Positions 28,500-43,502 of a stretch of DNA of 64,000 nucleotides are shown piece after piece. The notes beneath the pieces were generated by a model. It saw only the letters and a program-made list of their open reading frames with translations. It was not told the origin of the DNA and made no database searches. The position numbers and the translations under genes were made by a program. The DNA comes from the human T2T-CHM13v2.0 reference genome, Homo sapiens: assembly GCF_009914755.1 (NCBI RefSeq), contig NC_060932.1; one strand, given 5' to 3'. The number at the start of each line of letters is the position of its first letter. Position 1 is the first letter of the stretch.

Positions 28500-29350
28500 T
28501 GAAGAGTTGGGTCACTCTTACCCAGTGCACTGGACAGTGACGGTGGCCGCCTGTCCCTAGGTGCTTTCTAAGGTAACTGCTCTGCCCACAGTCCCTGCGG
28601 AGGTGCGGGCCTAGACAGCAGTGCTCTGGTCTAAGTGGGCCAGGCTGCCCCTCAGCCACGGCTGATTGGGCAAAGAGCCCACACGTGACCCAAAGCAGCT
28701 ATCCTATAGGTTGGCCGCTTTCTATACTATGAACCAACGGGACAAGTTTAGCCAAAAATGGGTGAGATGGTCCAGATTCTCCCTTTGGAGAATTTGAATG
28801 ACTGGTTAGCAGTGGGAGCTAAAGGGATATACAGTACAGACAGAGTCCATGGGATAGAACAAGCAAAACTGATAAGAAACCAGATATTACCATGAGCAGA
28901 AGCTGTGGGGTAGCGAAGAAATGCAGGGCATGGGTCCCACACTCAAATGCCCTCGGCAGTAGACAGGCAGTGCCAATGAGAGAAGAGGGCGCGGCGAAGG
29001 TGATCCCGCACGTAAAGATTCCGGACTGCCAAGCTCATGCCACGCCCAGAGACTTCGGAATTCTCAACAATGCAAAGGCGTCCTGCTGGCCAAACACAAT
29101 GAGTCTGCAGGCTGAAATAGGTCAGGAGCTGCCAGTTTGCAAATTCCAAAGAAAGGACGAGGAAGTCAGTTAGGGGCAAGCCCAGAAACCGAACGACACT
29201 GACAAGCACAGAGGCAAGGGAGAGCAGATTCACAAAAATAACTCATCGCTGAGGTGAACTCCCGATGCTGAAGTCCTGAGGTAACCTTGGATTCCCGATG
29301 ACGTCCTGGCTCCAGTCTTCATGAGACTTCTCGCTCTTGAAGCTCCTGTT
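28500..29350. promoter_or_regulatory. Candidate distal enhancer or lncRNA promoter, including a MER102-like relic (~28930-29148)
   Basis: Local CpG retention. ATTGG 28665 plus CACGTGAC 28682; TACGTGC (minus) 29008; GAGGAAGT 29159; TGACGTC 29299. Confidence 0.5.
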
Positions 29351-30769
29351 CTTCCAGAGGCTTGGTGATTTGGCCTCTCCTGGGTTCCCACGAGGCCTTT
29401 TGGGGCTGAGATCCCTGTTTTCTTCATTCCTTATAACTCCTTCCCCTAATATTATATGTAACTTGAGCTGTTCCTCGGAACCAAAAGAGCCTGACGAAAA
29501 CACTCTAAATGGCCCCAGATTGTTTTTTTTTTTTTTTCTTCTTTGGAATTATTGTACTCCTATTTATAGTTTTTCTGTTTCCTCCTTTGCTGCTAGGCCG
29601 TCAACTGTCACTTTTTATTGCTGTAGTGTGCTTGCTTCTCCTGGCCATTCTCTCTGTTAATAAAGCTACTCATAGACTTGGACACTAGATCTGGAAGCCT
29701 GATGGAATTAAAAAGTTGAAAGTAAACAAGCAATGAAACAAGGGTGAATTTTATAGGATGTAAGTTAAATCTTAATACAGTTGTTATACAAATTTAAAAA
29801 GTAATAAAGGATTTTTAGTATCACAAGATCTTTTGTATATAGTATTTTGAAAATGCAATTTGGCTATTCAGATGCATTTCTTGTTTACTTTTTTACTTTT
29901 GGCTCTAGTCCAGTTGGTGCATATCTTACTAAAGTAATCTCTGGTTCTGAGGAATCAAAACATACTGGAGCCAGCACAAGTAATGGGAAGGAGATTTATT
30001 TTAAGTTATCATACAGAACCCAACTGAAGAAAGCATGTGTGATCAGGCAGCTTCTCTCCCTCTTTCTGTTCCTCCCTTTGCTTGGTTTTCCAATCTCTTT
30101 GTCCTTGTTTCACATCTGCTCCATTTTCCTTTTGGCAGACTAGTTATTCTGCATCTCTGTAAGTTTTTTTGGTTACTTTACCCTCATAACACTGGCTTGC
30201 ATATGGTTTTGAGCTGTCATGCTGCCAGTTTTGGCAACAAGTCTTCATGACCTCGCATCATCAGTGTCAACACTATCCACTTCAGCTTCTGTGTCTCTCA
30301 GAATATGATTTACTCAGTTTGGGCCAAGTGACTGCCCCTAGTCAAATTAGCTGGTCAGAGAGCAGAGCACAGCCCCTATTATTTAAGGAATGTCCTTCCA
30401 GTCTGCAGGCAGATAGGCTCTCCAAGGAGATTTTGGCAGGGGTGAAATGACTGGCATTTTGACCTGAGCGAAATTTCTGAATTTCCGAGCTGTGATAGGT
30501 AATGTATTATTACATATTTACTTTTCCTCTTCTTTTTTGCTCTTTATTCAGCACTTAAAGTCCTACTAACAATAAAATTGTTTGTTGGTGATATTACCTA
30601 TCAGCACCTGGAGTTAGATTATCTAGTCTAGTAAATAATTGCTATTTTAGTTTTTATTTATGTAAAACTACAAAAATGTTAAAGACATTTCTTCCCTTCA
30701 GCTCTTTTCTGTCATTTCTCAGGACTCTACTACTAAACTATCATTGTAAAACTAGTCTTGTGGTTTGGT

Positions 30770-31060
30770 TTGTTTCTTTGAGACAGAATATCACTCTGTC
30801 ACCCAGGCTGTAGTGCAGTAGCACGATCTTGGCTCACTGCAACCTCCGCCTCCTGGGTTCAAGCAATTCTCCTGCCTCAGCCTCCCAAGTAGCTGGGACT
30901 ACAGGCACCCACTACCACGCCCAGATAATTTTTGTATTTTTAGTAGAGATGAGGCTTCTCCATGTTGGCCAGGCTGGTCTCGAACTCCTGGCCTTAAGTG
31001 ATCCCCCGAACCTCGGCCTCTCAAAGTGCTGGGATTACAGGCGTGAGCCACCGTGCCCAA
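30770..31060 (-). mobile_element. AluS
   Basis: Antisense Alu; TSD TGTAAAACTAGTCTTGT / TGTAAAACTAATTCTTGT. Confidence 0.93.
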
Positions 31061-31494
31061 CTGTAAAACTAATTCTTGTTCAGACAAAACATAGTGGAGA
31101 TTTAATTTTTAACAATGTAACTAAAAGTTTTTGATGTTTTTGTAAAATCAACTTAAACTCCACATTTCATCTACACAGGGATGCTTTCCTGACCAAAAAG
31201 TCTTCAGGAATGTAGGGGTGATTTGAGAATTTGTCTAAAATCACTACTTTCTATCATACTTCCTTCTCTTCACAGAAGTATGAAATAATTACAAGTCAAT
31301 CACAGGTGAAAGAGTTTTTAGTAGTTTTTCAAAAGGTGCCAGGTGTTAGAGAAAACATTTCCTCTAAGCCAAAACCAGAACAGTTCTATTTAAAAAACAA
31401 CAAAATACAAAGTAAATGTTTCCCCATTTTTATTCTAGCTTTTAAATGGTACTAAACAGTGTACAAAACATTTTCTTGCGCATGATTAAAGTTA

Positions 31495-31815
<321 letters not shown>

Positions 31816-32599
31816 AATAATGTTCTGAGGCTGGTAATATCATTTTGTAGCTGGAAAACAGGCTTAGAGAGGTTATGTGACTTGTTCAGGGTCACAGTGC
31901 CATGTGCACCGGGTAAAAACTAAAGTGGTCTTACTATAAATCTTATGGGGTTTGAATGGCACTTACTCTCCCTTTTTTTTATCCTTAAAATAAATTTGAG
32001 AGGTGGAGGTAGGGCATTAGTTAAGTGCTGTATCTTAGGGTTATCAAAGCCTGCAAATTCTCAGTACAAACTTTCAGTATAATCTTGCTTTGTTTCTCTA
32101 AACTCAAGACCCATACATATTATGATATAACAAATGACTGCCTAATTATTTATAATAAATTGAGTGACAAATTGAGGGTCACCACAGCCTAAGGCAATGT
32201 TTGAATCTGCCCCTTGCAGTTGAAATCATATACACTATTTTAATTCAGTGTATCCCTTTCTAAATTTGTCAGGCATATAACTCTATGGAGATTAAAATAA
32301 TGTAAAATGTAAATCGCTAACGAAACCATTCTTGGAAGGAATAACTTTTACTGCTATCTAAAGAAAGCAAATTAGTCCCCTAAGTGAGACTGTGATTGTG
32401 TGGTTGTGGTGGTTAGGATGTTAGCCTACTTAAAAGCAAAGGAGATAGATGCATTTGCTATTTATATGTAAATAGATACAGCTAACTACCCAAAGTGTTA
32501 TTCCATCACTAAAGTAGGCAACTAGAGCTTCTACTTAGAAACTCCTTCTTACTAGTTCAAGTTACTGTATGTTTCCAAAAGGAATACAATGATTTAGCG

Positions 32600-34144
<1,545 letters not shown>

Positions 34145-35397
34145 TTAAAGTCTCTAATTCAGACTTTTCACAACTTTAGAGTTTTCTCTCTACTACGTGT
34201 AAATGAGTAGGATTTTGCTGTGTTTATTATGATGTGAAAGACCGACATTGGATTGGAATTTAGGTCTTCTGTGTGCACTGTTCACTACATTTTGTTTGTT
34301 AGAGTTATTTAGTGCTTATAACAGAATAGTCACAGCTGTGATGAGCAGAGGAATAGTTCTTATGGCCTAGAGAGGATGAGCAAGAAATAATCTACATGCA
34401 ATAACATACTAAGAAACAGAGGGCACTCATCAACAGATGAGTTGTTTTAATTTCTAATTCTTTATGTTGACTATATTTCTAATCCCTTTGCCTAAAGGCA
34501 TTTAGAATCACTCTGGGAAGAAAAATAATCAAGATGTTTGGCCAACAATGTAGGGATAAGGAAAAAGAGTATGACTCCAATGAAAAGGGCTGAGAGGGGA
34601 GAGCTGCGGTTCAGCACAGAGACGAAAAGTCAGAGGTAAACATAAGAGGAACAGCAATATTAGATTTCTGTTAAGAGTAAAAGGATTGGTGCGGGTATTG
34701 GGAAGGAATGAGAGAAGTTGATTCAACAAAATCACAGGACTGGAGAATTTTGAATATAAAGAAAGGAAGACAGTCCCCTTTTCATACACGAGTTTGTGAA
34801 AATGTGGATTTAAATCAAATGTGTCAAAGCTGAACAATAGAATTATATGTTACAAGGAGGATTTTAGTCCAGAGTATAAATAATTGTATATACCTATATG
34901 AAACTTTAGAATAACCTTTGCAATATGGTTCTAGCATTTAACTCATATTATCAATTTTGTATTTTTCCATTACAACTGAACAAAAATTAATCAGTTTATG
35001 TCTAAAAAAGTATCTGAGGAGGCTGAGGATTCCCATGTTTCTGATTGTCACGATTGTTCATAAGACCAATGCTTCTAATTCCCATTATTAACAATTTCAT
35101 TTTATATTTTATACTTTTAGTAAAACGAAGGTAAAATGCAATAACTATTCAAATAATTGTTGAAACACTGAGGCAGAGAAAGATGGCAATATATTTGAAA
35201 TCAACCTGTTGCCTACCAGGTAGCTCCCTCTACCTACCTCAAATATCCGTTTGTTAGCTTAAACACAAAAGATCCAAGTTCAGCATATGAAGACACTTTA
35301 GTGGCATTATCTAATATGTGACTGTGGACTAACATCAAAGAAGTCAGGTAAATGGAAAGCCTAAGGCTGAAATTAATTAATTAATTAATTAATTTTT

Positions 35398-35436
35398 AAG
35401 CCCGTCAAATTTACCAGTGGGGGGTTGTATACCAAC
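35398..35436 (-). pseudogene. Y4 RNA (RNY4) 3'-end retrocopy
   Basis: Minus strand GTTGGTATACAACCCCCCACTGGTAAATTTGACGGGCTT matches the recalled hY4 3' end at 37 of 39 positions. It is followed by an A-rich (TTAA)n tail at 35371-35397. Confidence 0.88.
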
Positions 35437-36999
35437 CAATGGGAACGGAGAGAAATCTAGGGGGGCAAGACTTCTGGGAAAATTTTCCTCCATGTGAAAA
35501 GACAGACCATGAGTATAAACCCTTTTCCCCCTTCTTACCTATGAAATATGCCCATGACAAGAGAAGAAGCAGGAAAACCAATTAGGAGGCTCTTGGAGTG
35601 GTCCAGGTGAGAGATGATGGTACCTGCACTAGAGTAACACCAATGGAGATGGAGGGCAGGACACCGTCAGGGTATATTTTGGAGATAAACAAAACAAAAC
35701 AAAACAGAAACAGTGGAACATGCTGATGGATTAGATGTGTGGGACCAGGGAAAGAAGTCAAGGATGAGTTCCAGCACGGAATGTCCAGAATAACCCAGGA
35801 GGAGGGATGTAGGTGGTGGTGGAAGATAAGCAAGTTTGCCCATAGTTGATCACTGTTAAAGCTGAGTGATGAGTACATGGGGTTCACTTTGCTATTTTGT
35901 CACTTTTCTTTATGCTTTAAACTGTCCACCATAAAAGCGTCTTAAATGCCAAAAAAAAAAAAAAAAAAAAAAAACAATAAAAATAAAAAGAGAAAGGAAT
36001 ATGGCCATGAAAAGATGTAAGGCTTGGTGTTCTGGTGGCCATTTTGTAATTATGAGAGCAAACCAGGCCAATAGCAGAGAGATTGCCCCAGAGTCCTGAC
36101 ACTGTCATGCCACTCATTTCACCATTCCCAGAGCTTCCTACTTTCAGGCTTCTTGTTATGGAAGAGAAACAAAATGGAGAAAAAACAAAACTAAAACAAA
36201 CCTGTGTTGTTTACATCACTTTTATCTGGTTAAACTAAATTTTTTTTACTTGCAGCCAAATACATCCTGATGTATAGATCAAATATGTAATTTGATCCCA
36301 TGAGGCAAAAAGCACAGAATAACCACTGGATTTGGAGTTTGCTCTGCAGCCTCACCTAGACCTCTCATTCCTGCAGTCACTTCTTATAGTCTCCTCCTGT
36401 CTGTTTCTCTTGGACTAATTTCCTCTTCCGTCCAAACAGGAGTGTCACCTCTCGTCAGTCTCAGTGAATTCACTCCCTTGTCCTCTGCCAAGCCTCTCCT
36501 GCATTGGCCTCATCACTCGTATGCTGATCATGTTCAGCAATACAACCAGCAATACAACCAAGGACAATTGCCTAACAAAAGCAATTGCAATTTCAAGGTT
36601 CCGAGACTCACCTGGGCCCTTACCATCATTTAGCTTCCCTTCTATTTTTTAGTGGTTACCTCTCTTCCCCATTCTCCATGGTATCTATGCCAGATCTTAG
36701 TTACTCTTCTCCAACATACTGTTCTCTAGCCTTGTCTCCCTTCTTTTATCAGATGATCTTGTCTCCTTCCAGAGAAAATGGAGACCAAGAGGTGATACCA
36801 TTTAACACCCCCAACCCCACCCACTTACAAATTTTGCTTTAATTTCTTTCCTTTTTGTTTTAGTGGGAAAAGGGATTCATTTGTGTCCTCATGAACTCCT
36901 GTTCCAATCTGCTTTTGACTCTTTTGTAATTTTTTATATTATATATCTTCAATCGCTCTTTTTCTCTAATGGTACCTATGTTCAAATCTCTTATTTTCT

Positions 37000-38110
37000 C
37001 CACATACAAAACCTAACTCAAAATGGATTATAGACCTAAAATCTACACTGTGAACTGTTTAGAAGAAAACACAGGACTTTGAATTAGACAAAGATTTCTG
37101 AGATAGAACACGAAAGTATGAACCATGAAAACTTGATAAATTGGATTTCATCAAAAATTTAAACATCTGCTTTTCAAAAAACATTGTTAAGAAAGTGGAA
37201 AAACAAGCCACAGACTTGGAGAAAATGTTTGAAAAACACCTATTTGATAAAGGATTTGAAGTCAGAGTATGTAAAGACTTTCACAACTCAATAATAAGAA
37301 AACAGACAACCCAATAATTAAAATGAGCAACAGATTTGAATTCACCAAGGAAGAGGTACAAATGACAAATAAACACATGAAGAGATATTCAACATAATTA
37401 ACAGAGTGCAAATGCAGTAGGAAATGGAAATTAAAACCACAATGAGATATCACTGTACATGCATTAAAACAGCCAAACTTTTAAAAACTGACAATATCAA
37501 GTTCTGAGGAAGATGCAAAGCAACAGGAACTCATACATTGTTGGCATGCAAAATGGTATAATCACTTGGGAAAAGTTTGGCAGTTTTCTTAAAAAGCTAA
37601 TTTATACTCAGTAACCCTCTCCCAAGGACCAAGAGAAATGAAGATGTGCGCCCACACAAAGACCTGTATGCAAAGGTTTATAGCATTTTTATTTATAATT
37701 GGCCCAAATTGGAAGCAATTCAAATGTTCATCAACTGAGAGAAACAGACAAATCCTGATAGCACTCACTAATCAAAAGGAATGAACTACACAAGCAACAA
37801 CATGGATGAATCTTAAAAGCATTATACTAAATGAAATAAACCAGATGCAAAAGGCTCTGGTTTGATTATCTAGTAAACAAATAGACTCCTGTTTGAATGC
37901 CATTTACATGACATTCTGAAACAGTCAAAACTATGGGGACAGAAATTAGATCAGTGGTTGCCACAGACTAGGGTGTGTGGGTGAGGGACATGAGGGAATT
38001 TGGGGGGTGAGGGTGATAGAAATAATCAATAATTTGTCATGGTTGTTGTATGACTGCATTTGTTTGTCAAAACTCATAGAGCTGTATGCATAATATCATA
38101 AACTTGAAAA
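37000..38110 (+). mobile_element. Old L1M ORF2-end/3'UTR fragment
   Basis: L1 motifs (AAAATGGATTATAGACCTAA, ATTAAAACCACAATGAGATATCAC, CAACATGGATGAATCT). Confidence 0.85.
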
Positions 38111-38929
38111 ACCAGTATCTTTTATCCTGATAAAAACCCTCAACCATTCATCCTACCCCATTTATTTATTTACTTACTTGAGTGTGAGTTCTCTAAGGGA
38201 GGAGCCTTTTTCTGTCTAGTTTGTATTCAGCTAATATTTATTCATTGTTTACTACATGCAAGCATACATCTTGACTGGAAAGTCAAGATGGAACAAGATA
38301 GTGTTTTTCCTCTCAATATACAGTCTGAGGGTTAGTTTTTGCCTGATCCTATTCCCTTCCTTTTGAAGCAAATTTTGTGGAAGAAATATCTAAACTTAAT
38401 GCTAATATTTTGTTTTTTGTTTGGTCCTTAACTTGCTGCAGTCCAGGTTTCCCATCCATTTTAATAAAATTCCTCTTATTAGGCTATCAAAGACCTCCAA
38501 ATGGCTGAATTCAATAGAGACTTTTCAGTCCTTATTTCGTTTGACCTCCTTATGATATTTGAACTGTTCATTCTACTCTGCTTAAACATCTTCCTTCCCT
38601 TGATTCTGGAGGCACCACTCAGTTCTGATGTTTGATTTTTCCAGACCTCTACACAGGTTACTCTTTTTCTTTTTTTTAGTTACCCAGCAACTTTGTGTCC
38701 CTCAGGGCCCTAATATTTTGCTCTTTTCTCTTCTTACACCATGTTCTTCCTAGGAAGGAGGAGGAAGACACCAGTCCCCACTTCTACCTCACCCTTGCAC
38801 TTTTAAGAAGACTTCTTGGAAGTCCCACAGAACACTTGTTAGGATTTAGTTAATAAACCATGACCAAACTGTGGCATGTGGTCCTTTCTTTCAGGTAGTA
38901 ATGTGTCTGGTTAAAAATGGAAGTTCTGG

Positions 38930-39510
38930 TGTACGGTATGGAAGATTTGGAAAATTGCAATTTTGCAAACATCATGGTAAAGATTGATTTGGACAAGAAT
39001 CATCAGAGAATGCTAAATCTAGGCAAGAAAGTTTGTTGAAGAGCAGAATATTTCTGTGGTCTTAAAGTATTTTTCCACTAATCACAAATTGGTAACAAGA
39101 AGGAAAATAGTAACTATACAGTGGGAAAACCAGACAATATCCTGACCAGATGATCAAGATTGACATAACCAATGAAGAGCAAGTGGACATCATGTGGTCT
39201 CCAGATGTGACCGTCAGAAGGACACAACATTGCTTACGTGGTATTCCCACTGGAAATGCATAACTCAAATCAAATCTTGAGAAAACATCAGACAAACAAA
39301 AATTAAGAAACAAGCTATGAAATAACTGACCCGTACTTTTCAAAAATGTCAGTGTCATGAAAGATAATGAAAAGCTGATGAACTGTTTCAGATTAAAGGA
39401 GACTAAAGAGACACAACAATTAAACACAATATGTGACCCTGGACAAGATCCTGGACTGGAGGAAAACAAAATGCCATAAAGGACATTATTGAGACACTTG
39501 ACTAAATTGG
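38930..39510 (+). mobile_element. L1MC-type 3'UTR fragment
   Basis: Motifs CTTTCAAAAATGTCAGTGTCATGAAAG...GATTAAAGGAGACTAAAGAGAC. Confidence 0.7.
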
Positions 39511-39765
39511 TAAAGAAATTTCAGAGAGAGAATGGACAGGACCTGACTATTGACTGTTTTCTTCTTTCTATCCCCAAAACCACTGTCTTAGTCTTTTGCA
39601 TTTCTCTCCTTAGTGTATTTCTAGAGCTTGCCAAGTGATAGTGCGAAGTCCATTGTCTTTCTCTTCCAGTCTGTCCTCCATATGATCACTACTGTGACTT
39701 TTTGATCTGATCATGCCCTACTCCTAATTAGAAAACATTTTTGGCTTGCTACTGCTCAATCCTAG

Positions 39766-40171
<406 letters not shown>

Positions 40172-40326
40172 TAGTTATTGATCGGTCCCTCCACCCTCAG
40201 TAGTTGTGACATAACACCCAGTGTGACATCACAAGGACAGGGATGAATGAAAGATGAAGGATGGAATGAAATAAGCCAGGAAGATAGGTAGTACTTTTAA
40301 AGCTTTGTACCTAGTTTGAGATATAG

Positions 40327-40657
<331 letters not shown>

Positions 40658-42795
40658 CATTTTTTTTAATAGTTTATTTTTTAGAGAAATAAGTGTCCAC
40701 TGTTTGTGCCAAATTAAAGTAAAAGGCAAACAAAAATGGCTTTCTTGGCTGACTTCCATCCTGAGATGTCCTGTGAAGCTATTAGATGCAGGTAGCTAAG
40801 GATCTCATTATCTGGGTCAGGATTATTCTATCAACAGCCCTTTTTCCCTGTCACAGCTGGAGCTGAGAACCATGTGTCATAAGACTCCCTCTGCCCCAAA
40901 GTGTAGAACCCTTGCTGAATGGAAAATAAATCACTGTTGTTGAATCAAATGACCTATGGGGTTCCCAGGAGAATTTTCCTTTATATTTTAGTTATGTGGT
41001 GAAAACTCATGATTTTTATTACCCATGTGGCTTTTCTCCCATTTCCCATCTGCTTACTCCCCATAATTTTGCCAAAATGTGATTCCATCATTCTCTTCAA
41101 TAAACAAATAGTGTTTCCTTACTTGCTCTCAGGAATAAAGCCTTACAGGAATTGCATTTAGTGATGAACTGATACAATTCATTTACTCTGGACTTATCAA
41201 ATAAGATTACCAGCAAACAAAAACTTATCTAGAATTCAAGGCAGAAGATTCAGCTATTATATGTTAATATCTATTCCATAAATTCATAAAGTCATGGCTA
41301 CATTAATATAATGAACAATGAAAGAAGATTGTGAGTATAATTTGGGAATATAATGGTGAATTGCCAGAGTAAAGGTTATTCATTCTGCACCATGTATTCT
41401 GCAAAGTCAAGTGGAATTAGAATCTGTGACCAAATAACCATACTCATTTCTATGTAGGAGCAATGGTCAATTTAGCTCCTTATAGCTTTGTGTCTCGCAG
41501 GGATGTTGCTATGTCAATTTATACCTAATCCATATTTTTGCTATGTTTCTATTTCTACTTTACTCTGTGAATCACAAAAGCCACTTACCTTATATTTTTG
41601 GAATAAGTGAAGTAATGTATTATTTGTAATAGCAACCATTTCTAAGCTACACATCTATTAATATTATACTTAGACTCTAAAGTTATCCAAGTTTTACAGT
41701 TAGATTCCAGTAAATTGATGAATAAAATCTAAGTTACCCCCTTACCTTCTCAGAGAATGCTCCTGGTTCATAAATATCTATGTAAGTTTCCAGAGAATTG
41801 TCAAAATTGTTATGTGTTAGACACTCCCAAATAAAATAAATTAGTAATTGCTCTTTTAATGGGGCTGATAATATCTGTTCTACTCACTTCACAAGCTTGT
41901 AGGAAGCTTATGAAATACTTACAGGAAAATGAATAAAGTGTTATTCTAATATTAGGTATTATTAAAAATAATATATAATAATAGATATAATAAAAGAAAT
42001 ATAAATCTTGGGAAGACATATAATATTACTCTTTGATAACAAGGAGACATATATTCTGTTCACAGACCAGGAAGAGTGAATTCTACAGCCCTAATCTCAT
42101 TATTCATTGTCTAAGTGAAATCAACCAAGTTTAGGCATCCACCTTGAGGTGAGCCTTTAAGGGCCTAGACTTATTACCTGAATTGCCCCACCCCCACTGC
42201 CTTATTTAAAATATCTGGGATGTGTGTGCATAAATCTTCTACTAAGCCTTTATTTTACCCATTCTCAGAAATAAGAGTCAACAACTGCAACAGACTCAGC
42301 ACTGGAGGGAGGCGAGGTGGGAGGACTCCCCTGTCCAGTAGAGACTGTGCTAGTTGTTTAAGGCTGACATCCATTCTTTTTGATCAGAGTCTATGTTAGA
42401 CAGTTCTATGAGGTGGGTATTTTTATTAATATCATCTCTATTTTAAAATTAGAAAATTGAGAGTTTAAATAACTCTCAAGGTCACATACTCAAGGTCACA
42501 TAGCTAGTAAGTACTAGAGCCAGTATTTGAACTCAATCTGTCCCCAGGCTCTGTGCTCATAACCTTGACACTATTGTCAAGTAACTGAGTGCAAGGGTCT
42601 ATGGAAAAGACTCCTAACCAGGACATGAAGCGGAATCAGATGAGTGGAGAGGGTACAAAGGGGAGACGGCAGAACTCCAAAGGCAATTCTGTCTGTCCTA
42701 CCCCTGGAGAGGCCTAGATGGAATATTTGTAACTGAATATTATGCATTCAAGGAGTATTTGAGCAGGCCAGGACTTGGAAAAAATAGACGGATGC

Positions 42796-43309
42796 TGTGA
42801 TGGCTAATTTTATGTGTCACCTTGACTGGGCAAAGGGATGCCCAGATACCTGGTAAAAATGTTATTTCTGGATGTGTCCATGACGGTGTTTTCAGAAGAG
42901 ATTAGCATTTGGATTGATAGAGTGAATAAAGAAGATCCACCCTCACCGATGTGAGTGGACATCATCCAATCCACTGAGGGCTTGAATAGAACAAAAAACA
43001 GTGGAAAGGCAAATTGTCCCTTTCTCTTCTTGAGCTGGGATATCCGTCTTCTCCTACCCTCAGACACTGGAGCTTCTGGCTCTTGGGACTCTAGCAGAAC
43101 CCCACCTGCTCACCCGCAGGCCTCAGGCCTTCAGATTAGGACTGAATTCCACCACTGGCTTTCCGGGTTCTCCAGCTTGCAGATGGCAGATGATGAGACT
43201 TCTCAGCCTCCATAATCATGTGAGCCAATTCCCATAATAAATCTCTCTCTCTCTATCTCTGTCTTACTCTCTCTTGATTCTATTTCTCTGAAGAACCCTA
43301 ACTAATACA
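42796..43309 (+). mobile_element. MLT2 (ERVL) solo LTR, MLT2B/C-like
   Basis: TGTGATGGCTAATTTTATGTGTCA ... CCCTAACTAATACA; 5-bp TSD GATGC / GATAC. Confidence 0.9.
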
Positions 43310-43502
43310 GATACCTTCATTTTACAAATGAATAAAGTGCAGTGCCAGAGAAGTTCTGTGAATTGTCTAGGGTCATACACTCCTTCATTTATTTAATCGT
43401 GCATTAAGTCAACTAGTATTCTAGGTACCAAGGAAGTCAACATACTAGACCACATTGCCTGTCTTCAAGAAAGTTATGTTTTGGTTAGAAAAGCATATAG
43501 GA

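Noticed and set aside
35295-35315. ACTTTAGTGGCA resembling the next segment of Y4 RNA
   Set aside because: Short, on the wrong side of the tail, and compatible with chance.
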